Assembly: GCF_006345805.1 (NCBI RefSeq)
Contig: NW_021832845.1
Location: 1-64,000, forward strand
Origin: Octopus sinensis
Lineage: Eukaryota
DNA: 64,000 bases
Direction of reading: 5' to 3'
Shown here: positions 34,951 to 48,044 of the stretch, piece after piece
How positions within the stretch are numbered: position 1 is the stretch's first letter
Layout of the letters: every line of letters starts with the position of its first letter
Notes under the pieces: model-generated
Told to the model about the DNA's origin: nothing
The model's database searches: none
What the model saw: only the letters and a program-made list of their open reading frames with translations
Translations under genes and position numbers: made by a program

Positions 34951-37900
34951 CTGAAAGGCAGATCTGGTGAGATCGTCGAATTCACACTGAAAGGCAGATC
35001 TGGTGAGATCGTCGAATTCACACTGAAAGGCAGATCTGGTGAGATCGTCGAATTGCTTGAACGGAGGTGTGTAGATATATGCTGTATTCAAGAGGTGAGG
35101 TGGAGAGGAGGTTCTGCTAGGTTCCTCACGGGTAAAGGACAGAGGTATAAAATTTTCTGGGCCGGGAATACTGAAGGAGTCGGGGGAGTGGGTATGCTTA
35201 TTGCCGAAAAATGGGTAGATAAAGTCATCGAGGTAGTCAGAGTATGTGACAGAATATTGAAGATTAGATTAGTGCTCCATCATAGTTTAGCAACTATTAT
35301 ATCGGCCTATGCCCCTCAGCCAGGGTTACCCGATGGACAGAAAGACCGTTTCTATGACACCCTACTGCAGACCACCTCATTGACGAACAACAGGGACCTT
35401 CTCTTTGTGGCTGGTGACTTCAATGGGCATGTTGGACGATATGCTGAGGGCTTCTATGGCGTGCATGGAGGCTATGGTTATGGTTCTCGCAATGAGGAGG
35501 GAACCAGGCTGCTGGAGTTCTGTGATGCGAATAGTCTTATGGTTTGCAACACTAACTTCAGGAAACCAACAAGCCACTTGGTCACCTACCATTCGGGCCA
35601 GCATACTAGCCAAATCGACTACATCCTTGCCAGAAAAAGGGAAAGATGGCTGCTTATGAATGCCAAAACCTTCCCAGGCGAAGAATGTACCCCACAGCAT
35701 AGAATGGTAGTCAGTGACTTTAGGATCAGGACTAAGAGGACGACTAGAAGACGACCAACATGGAGAAGAAGGGTCTGGAAGCTTAAAGACCCTGCTAACG
35801 GACAGAGATTTAGAGACATGTTACTTGAAGCCTTCGACGAAATAGAAGGGGGCATAGCTACACATGGGGTAGAAGATAACTGGGCGTTTCTAAGGGACAA
35901 CCTGCTGAAAGCCACTGACCAGATCTGTGGCTGGTGCAAAGTCCCCACAAGACCCAAAATAACGTGGTGGTGGAACAATACTGTTGACAGGGCTATTAGA
36001 CAAAAGAAACAGGCTTGGAAGGACTGGAAGAACGGTGGTAGCAGGGAAGTGTATCAGACTGCAAGAAGGGAAGCTAGGAGGCAGGTTTATTTAGCCAGAG
36101 GGGAAGCAGATAGGAAAAAATTTGCCAATGTCCTGTGCCGTGAGGATGAAAGACTTGAGGTATTTCGTATAGCAAGACAGTGTGTGAGAGAGAATCGTGA
36201 CGTGGTAGGAGAAAAATGTGTTCGCACGGATGACGGCTCACTTGCGCTAAATGAGGATGCAAAGAGAGAGGTTTGGAGAAGCCACTATGAAAGGTTGCTG
36301 AATGAGGAAAATGAATGGGATAAAGAGAGTCTGCCGAATGTTGACCCAACTGAGGGACCAGCAATCCGAGTTGACAGTTCCTTAGTAGATAAGGCAATTA
36401 AAAGCATGAAAACAGGGAAAGCCCCAGGCCCATCAGGAATTACTGCAGAGATGCTCAAAATATCTGGTAGTGTCGGCTATAGCCTAGTCACCCGTATAGT
36501 TAACCAGGTGATACACGAAGGAGTCATTCCCAATGACTGGTGTAGCAGCATAATAGTCAGCTGCTACAAAGGTAAAGGTGACGCCCTAGATACAAATAAC
36601 TACAGGAGTATCAAGCTGCTGGATCAGGTAATGAAGGTTACGGAGAGGGTTATAGCCCAACTAATTAGAGAGAGAGAGTTAGCCTAGATCAGATGCAGTT
36701 TGGGTTCGTGCCAGGGAAAAGTACTACTGATGCTATTTTCATGGTAAGACAGCTGCAAGAGAAATACCTAGCCAAAGACTAGCCCCTATACCTGGCTTTT
36801 GTTGATATGGAGAAAGCCTTCGACAGGGTCCCCCGATCCCTCATCTGGTGGTCAATGAGGAAACTAGGGATAGATGAATGGTTAGTGAAAGCTGGACAAG
36901 CCATGTACAGAGACGCTGCTAGTAAGGTGAGGGTTGGCACCGAGTACAGTGAAGAATTCAGGGTAGAGGTTGGGGTCCACCAAGGTTCAGTCCTCAGTCC
37001 CCTCCTATTTATCATAGTCCTCCAGGCAATAACGGAGGAATTCAAGACAGGATGCCCCTGGGAGCTCCTCTATGCTGATGACCTTGCTCTAATTGCTGAG
37101 CCTCTATCAGAACTAGAGGAGAAGTTTCAGGTATGGAAACAAGGTTTAGAATCGAAGGGCCTTAGAATCAACCTAGCCAAAACCAAAGTCCTAATAAGTA
37201 GGAAGGTAGACCAATCACAAACGCCTTCAGGTAGATGGCCCTGCTCGATCTGTAGAAAAGGTGTAGGTAGAAACTCTATAAGATGCACCAAGTGTAAGCT
37301 ATGGACACATAAGAGGTGAAGCAATGTCAAAGGAAGGCTAACTAGGAAGATGGTTTTTGTATGTGGCAGATGCTCAGGAACAATTAACACTGAAAATGCT
37401 CTGAGACCAACTTCCGTCACTTTCCAGGGAGAAAAGCTAGAAGTAGTTGATAGTTTCCGTTACCTAGGTGACCAAGTCAGTAGCGGGGGTGGGTGCGCTG
37501 AAAGTATAACTGCTAGAGTAAGAATAGCCTGGGCAAAGTTTAGGGAGCTCTTACCTCTGCTGGTGACTAAAGGCCTCTCGCTCAGAGTAAAAGGCAGACT
37601 GTATGATGCATGTGTACGAACAACCATGCTACATGGTAGTGAAACTTGGGCTGTGACTGCTGAGGATTTGTGTAAGCTCGCAAGAAATGAAGCTAGTATG
37701 CTCCGATGGATGTGTAATGTCAGTATTCATAATCGACAGAGTGTAAGTACCTTGAGAGAAAAGTTGAACCTAAGAAGCATCAGTTGTTGTGTGCAAGAGA
37801 GACGTATGCGCTGGTATGGTCATGTGATGAGAATGGCTGAAGATAGTTGTGTGCGAAAGTGCCAGACCCTGGCAGTTGAGGGGACCTGTGGAAGAGGTAG

Positions 37901-38711
37901 ACCCAGGAAAACCTGGGTCGAGGCGGTGAAGCACGACCTTCGAACTTTAGGTCTCACCAAGGAAATGACCAGTGACCGAGACCTTTGGAAGTATGCTGTG
38001 CGTGAGAAAACCCGGCAAGACCAGTGAGAACAGTCAAAATCAAAATCAAACCAAATTGAGGTCGATCAACATCAGGGCCCCCCGTGCAGGTGACACGTAA
38101 AAGCACCATCCGTTCGTAGCCGATTGCCAGCCCTGTCTGGCCCCCGTGTCGGTGGCACGTAAAAGCACCAGCCGTTTGTGTTCATTGCCATCCTGGCCTG
38201 GCCCCCGTGCCGGTGACACGTAAAAGCACCATCCGTTTGTAGCCGTTTGCCAGCTCTGTCTGGCCCCCATGCCGGTGACACGTAAAAGCACCATCCGTTC
38301 GTGGCCGTTTGCCAGCCCTGTCTGGCCCCCATGTCGGTGACATGTAAAAGCACCATCCGTTCGTGGCCGTTTGCCAGCCCTGTCTGGCCCCCATGTCGGT
38401 GACATGTAAAAGCACCATCGGTTCGTGTCCGTTGCCAGCCTCGCCTGGCCCCGTGCCGGTGACACGTAAAAGCACCATCCGTTCGTGGCCGTTTGCCAGC
38501 TCTGTCTGGCACCTGTGCGGATGGCACGTAAAAAGCACCCACTACACTCACGGAGTGGTTGGCGTTAGGAAGGGCATCCAGCTGTAGAAACACTGCCAGA
38601 TCTGACTGGGCCTGATGAAGCCTTCCAGCTTCACAGACCCCAGTTGAACCGTCCAACCCATGCTAACATGGAGAACGGACGCTAAATGATGATGATGATG
38701 ATGATGATGAT
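34951..38711 (+). mobile_element. Near full-length RTE-clade LINE (APE + RT), inactivated
   Basis: APE motifs (VDICCIQEVRW, GVGMLI, AYAPQ, GDFNGHVG, SQIDYIL, QHRMVV); RT as above; frameshift ~36680, stops at 36779 and 37317; ORF ends 38027; VNTR-containing 3' UTR; (GAT)n tail; 36-bp triplication at the 5' junction. Confidence 0.96.
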
Positions 38712-39244
38712 ATATAAAATTAGAAAAAAACACCTTTTATCAATTCAAAATGAACAACTAAATTACACCATCTAGAAAATTACATTTAATAGAAATATTA
38801 AAATTAAAATAACAATAAAATATCAATGATAAAGTAAATTGCAAAAAGAAAATAAAAAACAAATATAATGGGTATTATTTTTTTTTGCAATTTACATAAT
38901 CATTGATATTTTATTGTTATTTTCATTTTAATATTTCTATTATATGTAATTTTCTAGATGGTGTAATTTAATTGTTCATTTTGAATTGATAAAAGGTGTT
39001 TTTTTTTCTATTTTTTGATATATATATTATATTGTGTGAAATTTGATTTAGTATTTCTAAATTGAATTTTTTTTCCCTGTAAGTTTGGATTTATATTCCC
39101 TCACATAATAATTATATACATATATATATTAAGTTCAGGACATCACTGGCAAGTTATAAATCAACCCATGCTAGCATGGAAAACGGACGCTAAACGATGA
39201 TGATGATGATGATGATGACAAGAGATAAGAAAGTGACAAAATAA

Positions 39245-39540
39245 CAAAATACTTAACACCCAGTCATAATGTTGTAAGAGGCAGCTTCTGCCTGGTCGAA
39301 ATCCATGCTGGGTATCAGTAAGCAAGTCATTTTCTTCATGGAACACGATTTGTTTCTTGTAGACTATTCAGTCTATGACTTTGCTGATGTGTGAGGTCAA
39401 AGAGATAGGCCTATAATTTTTAGCACCTGCCCTGCTTCCTCCTTTATGAATACAGCATATTATTCCTTCTTTCAATTTGTCTGGGAGCTTACAAATTAAA
39501 AGAAGCTGCAGTGGTTTTGCAAGGCCCAAATATCCTGCCA
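39245..39540 (-). mobile_element. CR1-clade LINE RT fragment
   Basis: IHKGGSRAGAKNYRPISLTSHISKV...LLTDTQHGFRPGRSCL. Confidence 0.8.
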
Positions 39541-39709
39541 TTTTTATGATTAAACTGGCCAGCTCTGGCCTCTCCCATCTAACCTACAATGTCATTCGAA
39601 ATATTCATCATCACATTATTGAAATCTCAAAGCTATGAGATAATCCATGATTAATTCAAACCAATGTGAATAAATAAGGATTACGTTTCACTGAATAATC
39701 TGAATGCTA

Positions 39710-39985
39710 AAGGGTTGGACGGATCGACCAGGATCTGGGAAGCCAGGAGGCTGCACCAGGCTCCAGTCTGATCTGGCAGTTTTTCTACAGCTCGATGCCC
39801 TTCCTAAATGCCAACCACTCCGTGAGTGTAGTGGGTACTTTTTATGTGCTAGGGGAGGCTGGCAACGGCCATGATCGGTTGGTGGTTTTTACATGCCACC
39901 GACATGGAAGCCAGTCAAGGCGGCGCTGGCATCGGCAACATACGGATGGTGTTTTTTACGTGCCACTGGCACAGGTGCCATAAAT
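39710..39985 (-). mobile_element. RTE 3' UTR fragment
   Basis: GGTTGGACGG...CTCCAGTCTGATCTGGCAG...CCACTCCGTGAGTGTAGTGGG. Confidence 0.75.
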
Positions 39986-40729
39986 GATGATGACAAACAT
40001 CATAACCACAATCCTATTCAGAACGACTGTCCTAATCGCAGCTACATGGTAACCAAATGAGTGGTGGTGCAATGAAGAAAAGCAGCCACTACATGTGGTA
40101 AAGTGGTGGGTGTTAAGAAGGCCATGAAGCAATAGAAGCCTTGCCAATGCATGGAATGGAGTTCACCACAATGCTGTGGCTTGTTGGATCCATAGCAAAA
40201 TTGAAGGTGTCAGTCCTATATGGACCCCCACAAACCATCATGACCCTGGTCGAAAACCACTGTTGCAGTATATTCCCTGATGTGCATTTTTGGCTCATTA
40301 GCCTTTCTCAATGGTCAAATTAAAAATTTTTTTAAATCAAAAATCAAAAGATTGGCTAAAAGTTATGAGTTAAGGGAAAGAAATAGAAGACAGAACTGAA
40401 AAGGTAATGTCTAGTTTAAAAAGAGAGAAAAGGTTTGTTAATCAACTTACCACTTTTGCTGATATCATAATCATTGTTATATTTCCAAGCTGTAAAAACT
40501 GAAAACATAAACTTTTGATTTTAAGATGATATAATTCAAAATAATGTGAATAAAAAAACATTATATTTCACAGTAATCTGATTGCTAAAGGATTAAACCA
40601 GCCATATCTGTTTTATGTTTGAACTAGCCACATCCACCCTCTCACACCTACCCTACAATGTCAGCCTAAAAATAAACAATCACATCATCAAAATGTCAAA
40701 ACTACAAGATAATTGAATGATTAATTCAA

Positions 40730-41570
40730 AAACCAGGAGGCAGGAAGTAGGTAGCTCAATGTGGGTGTGTTGACCCAAGGAGGGGTAAGAAGAGATAGCC
40801 AGATGAGGATGATGGAGGTGGGGTGATCAAGGTATTGAAAGAAGCAGAAGTGGAAAATTGGGAGATGAGTGGGAGGAGTGAGAGGAAAAGTATTTTCAAG
40901 GGTGGTCATTGTTGGGTATGACAATAGATGTTAATAGTTAGGGATGGTGGCACTATAGAACTAAGGGAAATTGGAAAGGTGGAAGATGGGAGAGGCGAGT
41001 ATTAAAAGAAGAGAAAGGGTCCAGTTACAGATGCTAGTAGTGTAGCAAAGGGGAAATCTGAAAAATGAAGATGGGTTGGTGGCACATCAAATTACCGAGG
41101 TATGTAGACATGTATGAGCAACTAGATTACATAGATTTAACATAATAGGCAAACAAGGAATAGGTTCTGTGTTTACATGAGAGGATTACATCTGAAAATT
41201 TATTAAATAATGAGGGGTTGTGGTTTTGAAAGATAGTGGATGATTCTCATACACAGTGCCAAGATTAGTGTTGAATGGGGTGGGTAGGTGTGAGGGCCCA
41301 CTGTTAATTAACCAGGGTAGAATATAGGGAATGTTTTGGGACCTGAGGTTCTGTATATAATTTGTTAATGAGTTAGTTAATTTATAAGTTGGATTGTGGT
41401 GGAAAATCAAAAATTTTGCAAAATTTTCTTCCATAAAATGCATCATTTCTAAAGCTCTGCTAAAAACAAAATTGGAAAAATCCCTGTCCAAACAAAGAAA
41501 ATCCTCCTTATGTGAGAGACCAATTCCAGACCTCTGTGCACTTGAGTAAGTTTGCCTTAACAAAAATAAG
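40730..41570 (-). mobile_element. Possible highly degenerate Penelope-like RT/linker fragment
   Basis: CLDRDFSN...ALEMMHF...IPYILPW...HPLSFK loosely recalls PLE CS..DF....EM..FF...IP..L.YHP...PP.ISF; weak. Confidence 0.3.
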
Positions 41571-42482
41571 TTATGGAAAAAATGAAATAAAATAAAAAAT
41601 AAAACTTACGGAAATATATTATAGAGAAAAGGAGGACCACCTTTAATAAGTTCGAAATACCCATGATCTGAAAAAATAAGTTTCAAAAGCTGCAAAATAA
41701 CAAAGCTTATAACCCAGGGTCCGCTGCTGGTCAGGTTGAGAAAACAAACAGTCACAATATCATCAGTCACTCTTTAATAGATTTATGGTCGAGACTCTGG
41801 CAGTGGAGATCTTATTCTTAACTATTTCAAATACTATATATATCTTTACTACCTACAAGGGGCTAAACACAGAGGCGACAAATGGATTAAATTGATTACA
41901 TCGACCCCAGTGCGTAACTGGTACTTAATTTTTCGACCTTGAAAGGATGAAAGGCAAAGTCAACCTCAGCGGAATTTGAACTCAGAACGTAGCGGCAGAC
42001 GAAATACGGCTACACATTTCGCCCGGTGTGCTAACATTTCTCCAGCTCACCCTACTTGTGAAACTGATGTATCCAGATGTGGTGAGAGGTCAGACGCAAC
42101 ACACATCCAAGCCTCAAATCTGAAGTTGGTGCCAGAATACCAAGAAATGGACAAACTAATTATTAAGTAAACATATATTTCTACACAAAACTTGCCCTGA
42201 ATTGAGTTTAATAAGTCTTCCTTAGCCGAAACTTAGCATGAAATTGTTGTGTGGAGAATGTCGTTTTTAACATTTGGAGGACCATTAGGCAAACTGGGCA
42301 AATATTGTCGTACATATAAATTTTGGTTTTCTTTGAGAAATATTGGTAAAATTCTGCCAATAAAGACCATGTTGTGCAATATATATAATTTTGTAAATTA
42401 TTAAATTCAGGTGTAATTTTTTTCATCCGATTTTGAATAGTCAGAATATGTGTCAGTATTTACATATTTGTTTTGGGTTGTT

Positions 42483-42534
<52 letters not shown>

Positions 42535-42959
42535 ACATCTCCTAATGAGTTTGCAGTAAGTTACAGATATTGATAATGTCTTGAATTTATGTTTTTAATG
42601 CTTAAAATAAGGAATTAGTTTTCACATTTTGTTTGTTCTTTAATCTACGTCTATATGTTATTCTGTGAAAGGTATACAGTGTCTGTGGGATGTGCAAGAC
42701 ACAATAGCTAAATCTTCCTTATATCACACATCATTTCATTTCACCAAGAAAAAAAAAAGAAAAAGTAGATTTAAATATTTTCAAAAATTCATAGTGATAC
42801 GTATTTACGTGGTACACTCTAAATTAAAACTAGGTGGTGCCCCAGCATGGCCACAGCTCGTGAGCTGAAACTAGATGAAATGAAAAATGAATACACAGAA
42901 AGATAATATAACGATTTTTACTGAGGAAAATTTTTGGAAAGAAATCTTTGTGGAATGGT

Positions 42960-43150
42960 GGGTTTATGGTCGAGTGTGCACATTGGAGATTTCTGGCACC
43001 CTAGGGCCTTGGATCACATCCCTGCTCACAGCTATCGGGCAGAAATGGCTACCTGCATGTGCAAGGCCTGTGGGTCAGAGTGGCTGTTCCAGCGCATCTC
43101 CGTTGCCATCCTCCTGGGCAACTCCTTTTCTATTTTGTCTGCTGGGACCT
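42960..43150 (+). mobile_element. Remnant of the C-terminus of an RLE-type (CRE-like) non-LTR retrotransposon
   Basis: LEISGTLGPWITSLLTAIGQK, then after a frameshift EWLFQRISVAILLGNSFSILS, matching E.SG.LGP...LG...WLFQR.S.A.QRGNA.SIL. Confidence 0.55.
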
Positions 43151-43194
43151 TGAGGTGGTCTGAATTACAACAAATTGTATGTTCCACTCCTTAA

Positions 43195-43726
43195 CCCTTT
43201 CATTACTGCATTTATTTTGAGATGCTCTGTGTTCCTTTCAATTAATTTTGAATATAACAAAGAATTTAGAAAAATAACTTAGTTATCATTAAGCTAGTGT
43301 TAGGAAGATAAATTGTGACTAAGGTTTGGTGGAAGATTTTAATTCAAAACTTTTGAAAACAAGACATTTGTACTCAGAGCCAGAGCCGGTTTTATCTGGG
43401 TTAGTATCAAAAGGGTAAATTTGCAGATTTTGTTTCACTTGTTAGAAATAGCAGCCAAATTTTGTGCAAATTGAAGACACATTTGACTGACTGTCTTGAA
43501 CCCTTTTCATTACCATATTTCTGTTGAGATGCTCTGTGTTTGTTTTTCAATTAATTTTAAATATAACAAAGAATTTAGAAAAATAACTTAGTTACCATTT
43601 AGCTAGTGTTAGTAACATAAATTGTGACAAAGGTTTGGAAGAAGATTTTAATTCAAAACTTTAAGAAAACAAGATGTTTGTACTACAGAGCCAGAGCAGG
43701 TTTTGGCCAGGTTGGTATCAAAAGGG
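43195..43726. mobile_element. Two monomeric TTAA-type MITEs (43195-43415, 43501-43726)
   Basis: TTAA|CCCTTT ... AAAGGG|TTAA termini; interior is the reverse complement of the 169-bp array unit plus the array's right end. Confidence 0.85.
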
Positions 43727-45042
43727 TTAATGTATGATTTGAAGCGAGACAGATTTAAACTTTGTACTGTTTCTGCTCCCTCCCCCCTTTTTTTTGAGTT
43801 TTATCAATTACTATACAACACTAAAGAAACTGCATTTTTTGTCTCTTTCTTTCTTCTTGCTGAATGAAAACAAATACCAAATTAGAGGTATTTGTATAAT
43901 TGTGGCCTTCCAGGTAGAATCCTAGTTTAAACAGTCCTTATAATTTCAGAAAATTTTTGCTACACACACAAATTAATATGATTATTGAAAAGACAGCATG
44001 GTGTTTCACTTTCTGGATCATAAAATGAAATATTATCTTAATTATTAATTTAAGAGAATCACTGCCAGAAAATAGCATATCGATATATTACTGATGTTCA
44101 CCTTAATTTTACGAAATAATCTTTAACATATATCTTGTGTTTTTATTACTATACAAACCAGTATTAACAACAGAGTCTCTTCTTTTTGGACATACCTTGT
44201 AGTTGTGGCTTGATGCAATGGGAAGTTTCAAAAACCAACTGGGAAATACAGACAATGAAAGGAACTTAGTTTCTGAAAGATAAAAATAAAAGAAACTATT
44301 TAAAAAAATTTTACTGAAAATGTACTGAATTTTTTTTAATTCCAAAAAGTTAATAAAGGTTATGAGTGGTTATATGGGGTACTTAAACGAGAATCCCCCC
44401 AAAAATCAAATTTTCAAACTAATTTTTTTTTAATAGCATAAATGTTTTTATGGGAATAAAAATATTGAAAAACATTAATACATGTTACAGTGAGGAAGAA
44501 ACAAGAATGGGATGTGTTAGAAACAACAGGCAGATCTCCCTTAAATCACACACCTTTCTTTACTCATAACTTTCTCACAAATGGATATTAATGGATATTT
44601 CGGAATTTGTTGTGAAAATGTTTTATGAGGGTGGGGTGAAAAGTTTTGGAAAATACACATCAGTCAGCTTAATTTCCTCATAACTTTTGGAGAAATGGAT
44701 ATTTCTTTGATGAAATTTTCTACAAATATCATTCAGATTGTGAAGGTGATGATTATATCAGAATTTAATACGTAAACAAAATTTGTGGGCTCACACACAT
44801 ACATAATTACATACACATCATGAATTGAAACTTAAAATTTTGATAAAAAATGTTATATCTGCGTGTGTGTGTGTGTGCAAACATATCAATTTTTTTTTTT
44901 TTTTTAGAATAGATTTCAATCTAATTATAATCTACAACATCTGAAGCATATTTGTTGCAAATTTCGTTTAAAAGAATATTAATTTTTCTGGACGATATGA
45001 GGAAAGAAATTCAGAGGTGTATGGCGGGTGGGGTGGGGGACA

Positions 45043-45106
45043 TTATACCTAACTCCTTTAATATCTCAAATATCCTGAGCACCACAATAACAATGAATAA
45101 TATTAC
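45043..45106 (-). pseudogene. nad5: 64-bp duplicate of the nad5 NUMT segment at 45499-45562
   Basis: Identical TTATACCTAACTCC...GAATAATATTAC. Confidence 0.85.
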
Positions 45107-45642
45107 GCCCACATAGATATGCTTCTACTTCTTTCAGCAATTTGACTGGGGTCTTTCAAACAAATTGACCCCAGGACTTATTTCTAAGCCTAGAACTAAT
45201 TGTATTGATATCTTTTGCTGAAATACTAAATTAGGGGGACCACACACACACACACATATCCTCCATATTTTCATACACTCCTCTTTTTACATCTCCTCAT
45301 ACTACATACATAGATATACGTATTGAATATAATATAGTTAAACACACCCCAAATAAGCCAAATATATCAATCAACATATTTATATCTCTACTCAATAAAA
45401 TTTTAATAATCAAATCTTTTGAATAAAACCCAGCTAAAAATGGAAACCCACATAACGCCATATTCGAAATGTGAAGAATAATCCTAGCGAAAGGTAAATT
45501 ATACCTAACTCCTTTAATATCTCAAATATCCTGAGCACCACAATAACAATGAATAATATTACCCCCTCATAAAAACAACAAAGCCTTAAATATAGCATGA
45601 GTATATAAATGAAACAAAGCTAATATAGGTATCTTTATCCCC

Positions 45643-45905
45643 TGTGGGATGACGTCAGCAGCTGGGTGCGTTGACCGGAAGGGGTCAGCCGTCAGGCGTG
45701 TGCAGGGAACGGGCAATTGGGCCTTTCCAACGTGGGTCGTGCAGGTGACAAGATGTGTGAGGACGTCGCTAAGGGTTAGGGCTAGCAGCTGCTATCGTTA
45801 GTGTTTGGGTCGGGGCTGTGTGGAAGGACTAGTTACCGTTGGAGGGTCTCCATCACTAAGAAGAGAAGGTAGGTGCCTTTGTATTCAAATCGCGCACACG
45901 CTACA
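45643..45905. mobile_element. Solo LTR (263 bp) inserted in nad5 NUMT
   Basis: TGT...ACA termini; 5-bp TSD TCCCC (45638-45642, 45906-45910); removing it restores the nad5 frame SLGMKMPMLALF. Confidence 0.85.
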
Positions 45906-46577
45906 TCCCCAAAGACATTATTATAACCCCTAATTGTCTTAAAGTCGATAAAGCAATAATTTTTTTTATATCGTATTCATAAATAGCACAAACCCCCGAT
46001 ATAAAAGTAGTTATAATTGAAATAAACACTATAAAGTTACAAAAATAATTTACTTCAACTAAATAATTATAAAACCGAATTAATAAATATACCCCCGCTG
46101 TAACTAAAGTAGATGAATGTACTAAAGCTGAAACTGGAGTTGGTGCTGCTATAGCAGCAGGTAATCAACTTCTAAAAGGAATCTGAGCCCTCTTAGTTAT
46201 TCCAGCAATAACCACAAAAATTATACAAATATCAATAAATCAAAAATATCAAATACATAAATAATTTCAATGTCCCAATAATGACATAATCCTAATTCCA
46301 GCCAAAATAAAACAATCTCCGATCCGATTTATTAATACTGTTAATATACCTGCACTTAGTGATTTATTATTTTGATAATAAATTACTAAACAAAACGATA
46401 CTAAACCTAATCCATCTCATCCTAAAATTAAACTAACAAACCTAGGAATAAAACTACAACTCAATTAAACAAACATCTAATTCAACAAATAACCCAATTA
46501 CATTAAAAATTTCCCATGAAATAATATAACAATAATTATTTAAAATTAAATATATAAATGTAATTATAAATATAAAA

Positions 46578-47312
46578 GAAACTGACAGAAACGAATATAT
46601 GCGTTTTGACCGAAATGGTTTTTTTCTATCTCTGGCGAGTTAACTCGTCAAAAGATAGACTCGCCAAAATCGACAGCAAACGAGTTCCTTCGTCTATTAT
46701 AAACTCTTTTTTGACATATACGAGTATATTCGCTCACTTTATACGTCTGGCAGTGACGATTTCTGCCACCTTTCGCTTGAGTAAGGCATTGAAGACCGAG
46801 TACGATTTAGTCACCTGGAGACAGTCGAAGGGTTGGAAGGCATATTTTATGAATAGAAGTGTTCACTTTGTTTTTACGTTGTTTTTTTTATACCTTTATA
46901 TTATAACCCCACCATGTCGAGCTCTGATGATGATAGCGATTATGAAGCTTCTCTTGGAGGGTTGGATACATCTGATGAGAGTGAAAGTTCGTCAGAAGAG
47001 TTTTGAAGTAATAAAATCAACAGAAGTAAACAATCATGTTTTGATCATTCATTCTCAATTTGGAAAATAAGATAACCAAATAAAATAACATGATTTTTTG
47101 TAAAAGTAATATGATTTATGAAAAAAACGGGTTAACTCGTTTCTGCCCAAAGCGGTAATTTAAAATCAATATTATTGAATTAAAATTCATAATAAATAAG
47201 GTTTGAAATATACCTCGAAATCACCATTCAAAACATAGTAAAATAAAACAATTAAAAAATATGTCTGAAAAAATACATTTATTTTCAAAATAATTGTTGG
47301 GTAAGGGGTTAA
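46578..47312 (+). mobile_element. Internally deleted piggyBac-like DNA transposon remnant
   Basis: Right end GGGTAAGGGG|TTAA; acidic N-terminal-like MSSSDDDSDYEASLGGLDTSDESESSSEEF at ~46915; left TIR not found; interrupts nad5. Confidence 0.4.
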
Positions 47313-47347
47313 CATAATACTAAAAAAAATTTCTAACTTTAATTTAC

Positions 47348-47754
47348 CCATAGGCGCAGGAGTGGCTGTGTGGTAAGTAACTTGCTAACCAACTACATGG
47401 TTCCGGGTTCAGTCCCACTGCGTGGCATCTTGGGCAAGTGTCTTCTGCTATAGCTCCGGGCCGACCAATGCCTTGTGAGTGGATTTGGTAGACAGAAACT
47501 GAAAGAAGCCTGTCGTATATAGGTATATATATATATGTATGTGTGTGTTTGTGTGTCTGTGTTTGTCCCTCTAGCATTGCTTGACAACCGATGCTGGTGT
47601 GTTTACGTCACCGTCACTTAGCGGTTCGGCAAAAGAGACCGATAGAATAAGTACTGGGCTTACAAAGAATAAGTCCCGGGGTCGATTTGCTCGACTAAAG
47701 GCGGTGCTCCAGCATGGCCGCAGTCAAATAACGGAAACAGGGAAAAGAGAGAGA
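47348..47754 (+). mobile_element. Full-length SINE, main family, in NUMT
   Basis: Family consensus from head to tail, between nad5 5' end and trnH. Confidence 0.85.
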
Positions 47755-47755
47755 T

Positions 47756-47820
47756 AGTAAAATAAATTAACTTTTTCTCTAAGCCCACAACCTAGTATTT
47801 TCACATAAACTAATTTTACT
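47756..47820 (-). pseudogene. trnH: Mitochondrial tRNA-His copy (NUMT)
   Basis: AGTAAAAT...ATTTTACT acceptor stem; anticodon arm CTAGG-TTGTGGG-CTTAG (GTG); positioned between nad5 and nad4. Confidence 0.8.
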
Positions 47821-48044
47821 AATAATTAAAAATCAATACCTCTAATATATCCAATATTCAAAATAAATATTAATAAAGGAATAATATGTAATACTAACAA
47901 TAAATTTTCATTCCTTTTATTAACATTTAAAACTTTTATAAATCTTATCATCTGACCATGATCTACCGTAACATAAAAAACCAAATTATATAATCCTCCC
48001 ATAAATACTATTATTAACACAAAAAATAATAAATATAATCTATC

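Larger units (their letters stand above)
45255..47347 (-). pseudogene. nad5: NUMT nad5 (pieces 45255-45642, 45906-46577, ~47313-47347)
   Basis: Invertebrate mitochondrial code: [53 protein letters not shown]; TGA read as Trp. Confidence 0.93.

Noticed and set aside
46912-47010. Acidic stretch (SDDDSDYE...SESSSEE) as AATF exon 3
   Set aside because: It starts at its own ATG, ends in a stop, and lies inside a TTAA-ended insertion within the NUMT; better explained as a piggyBac-like N-terminus.
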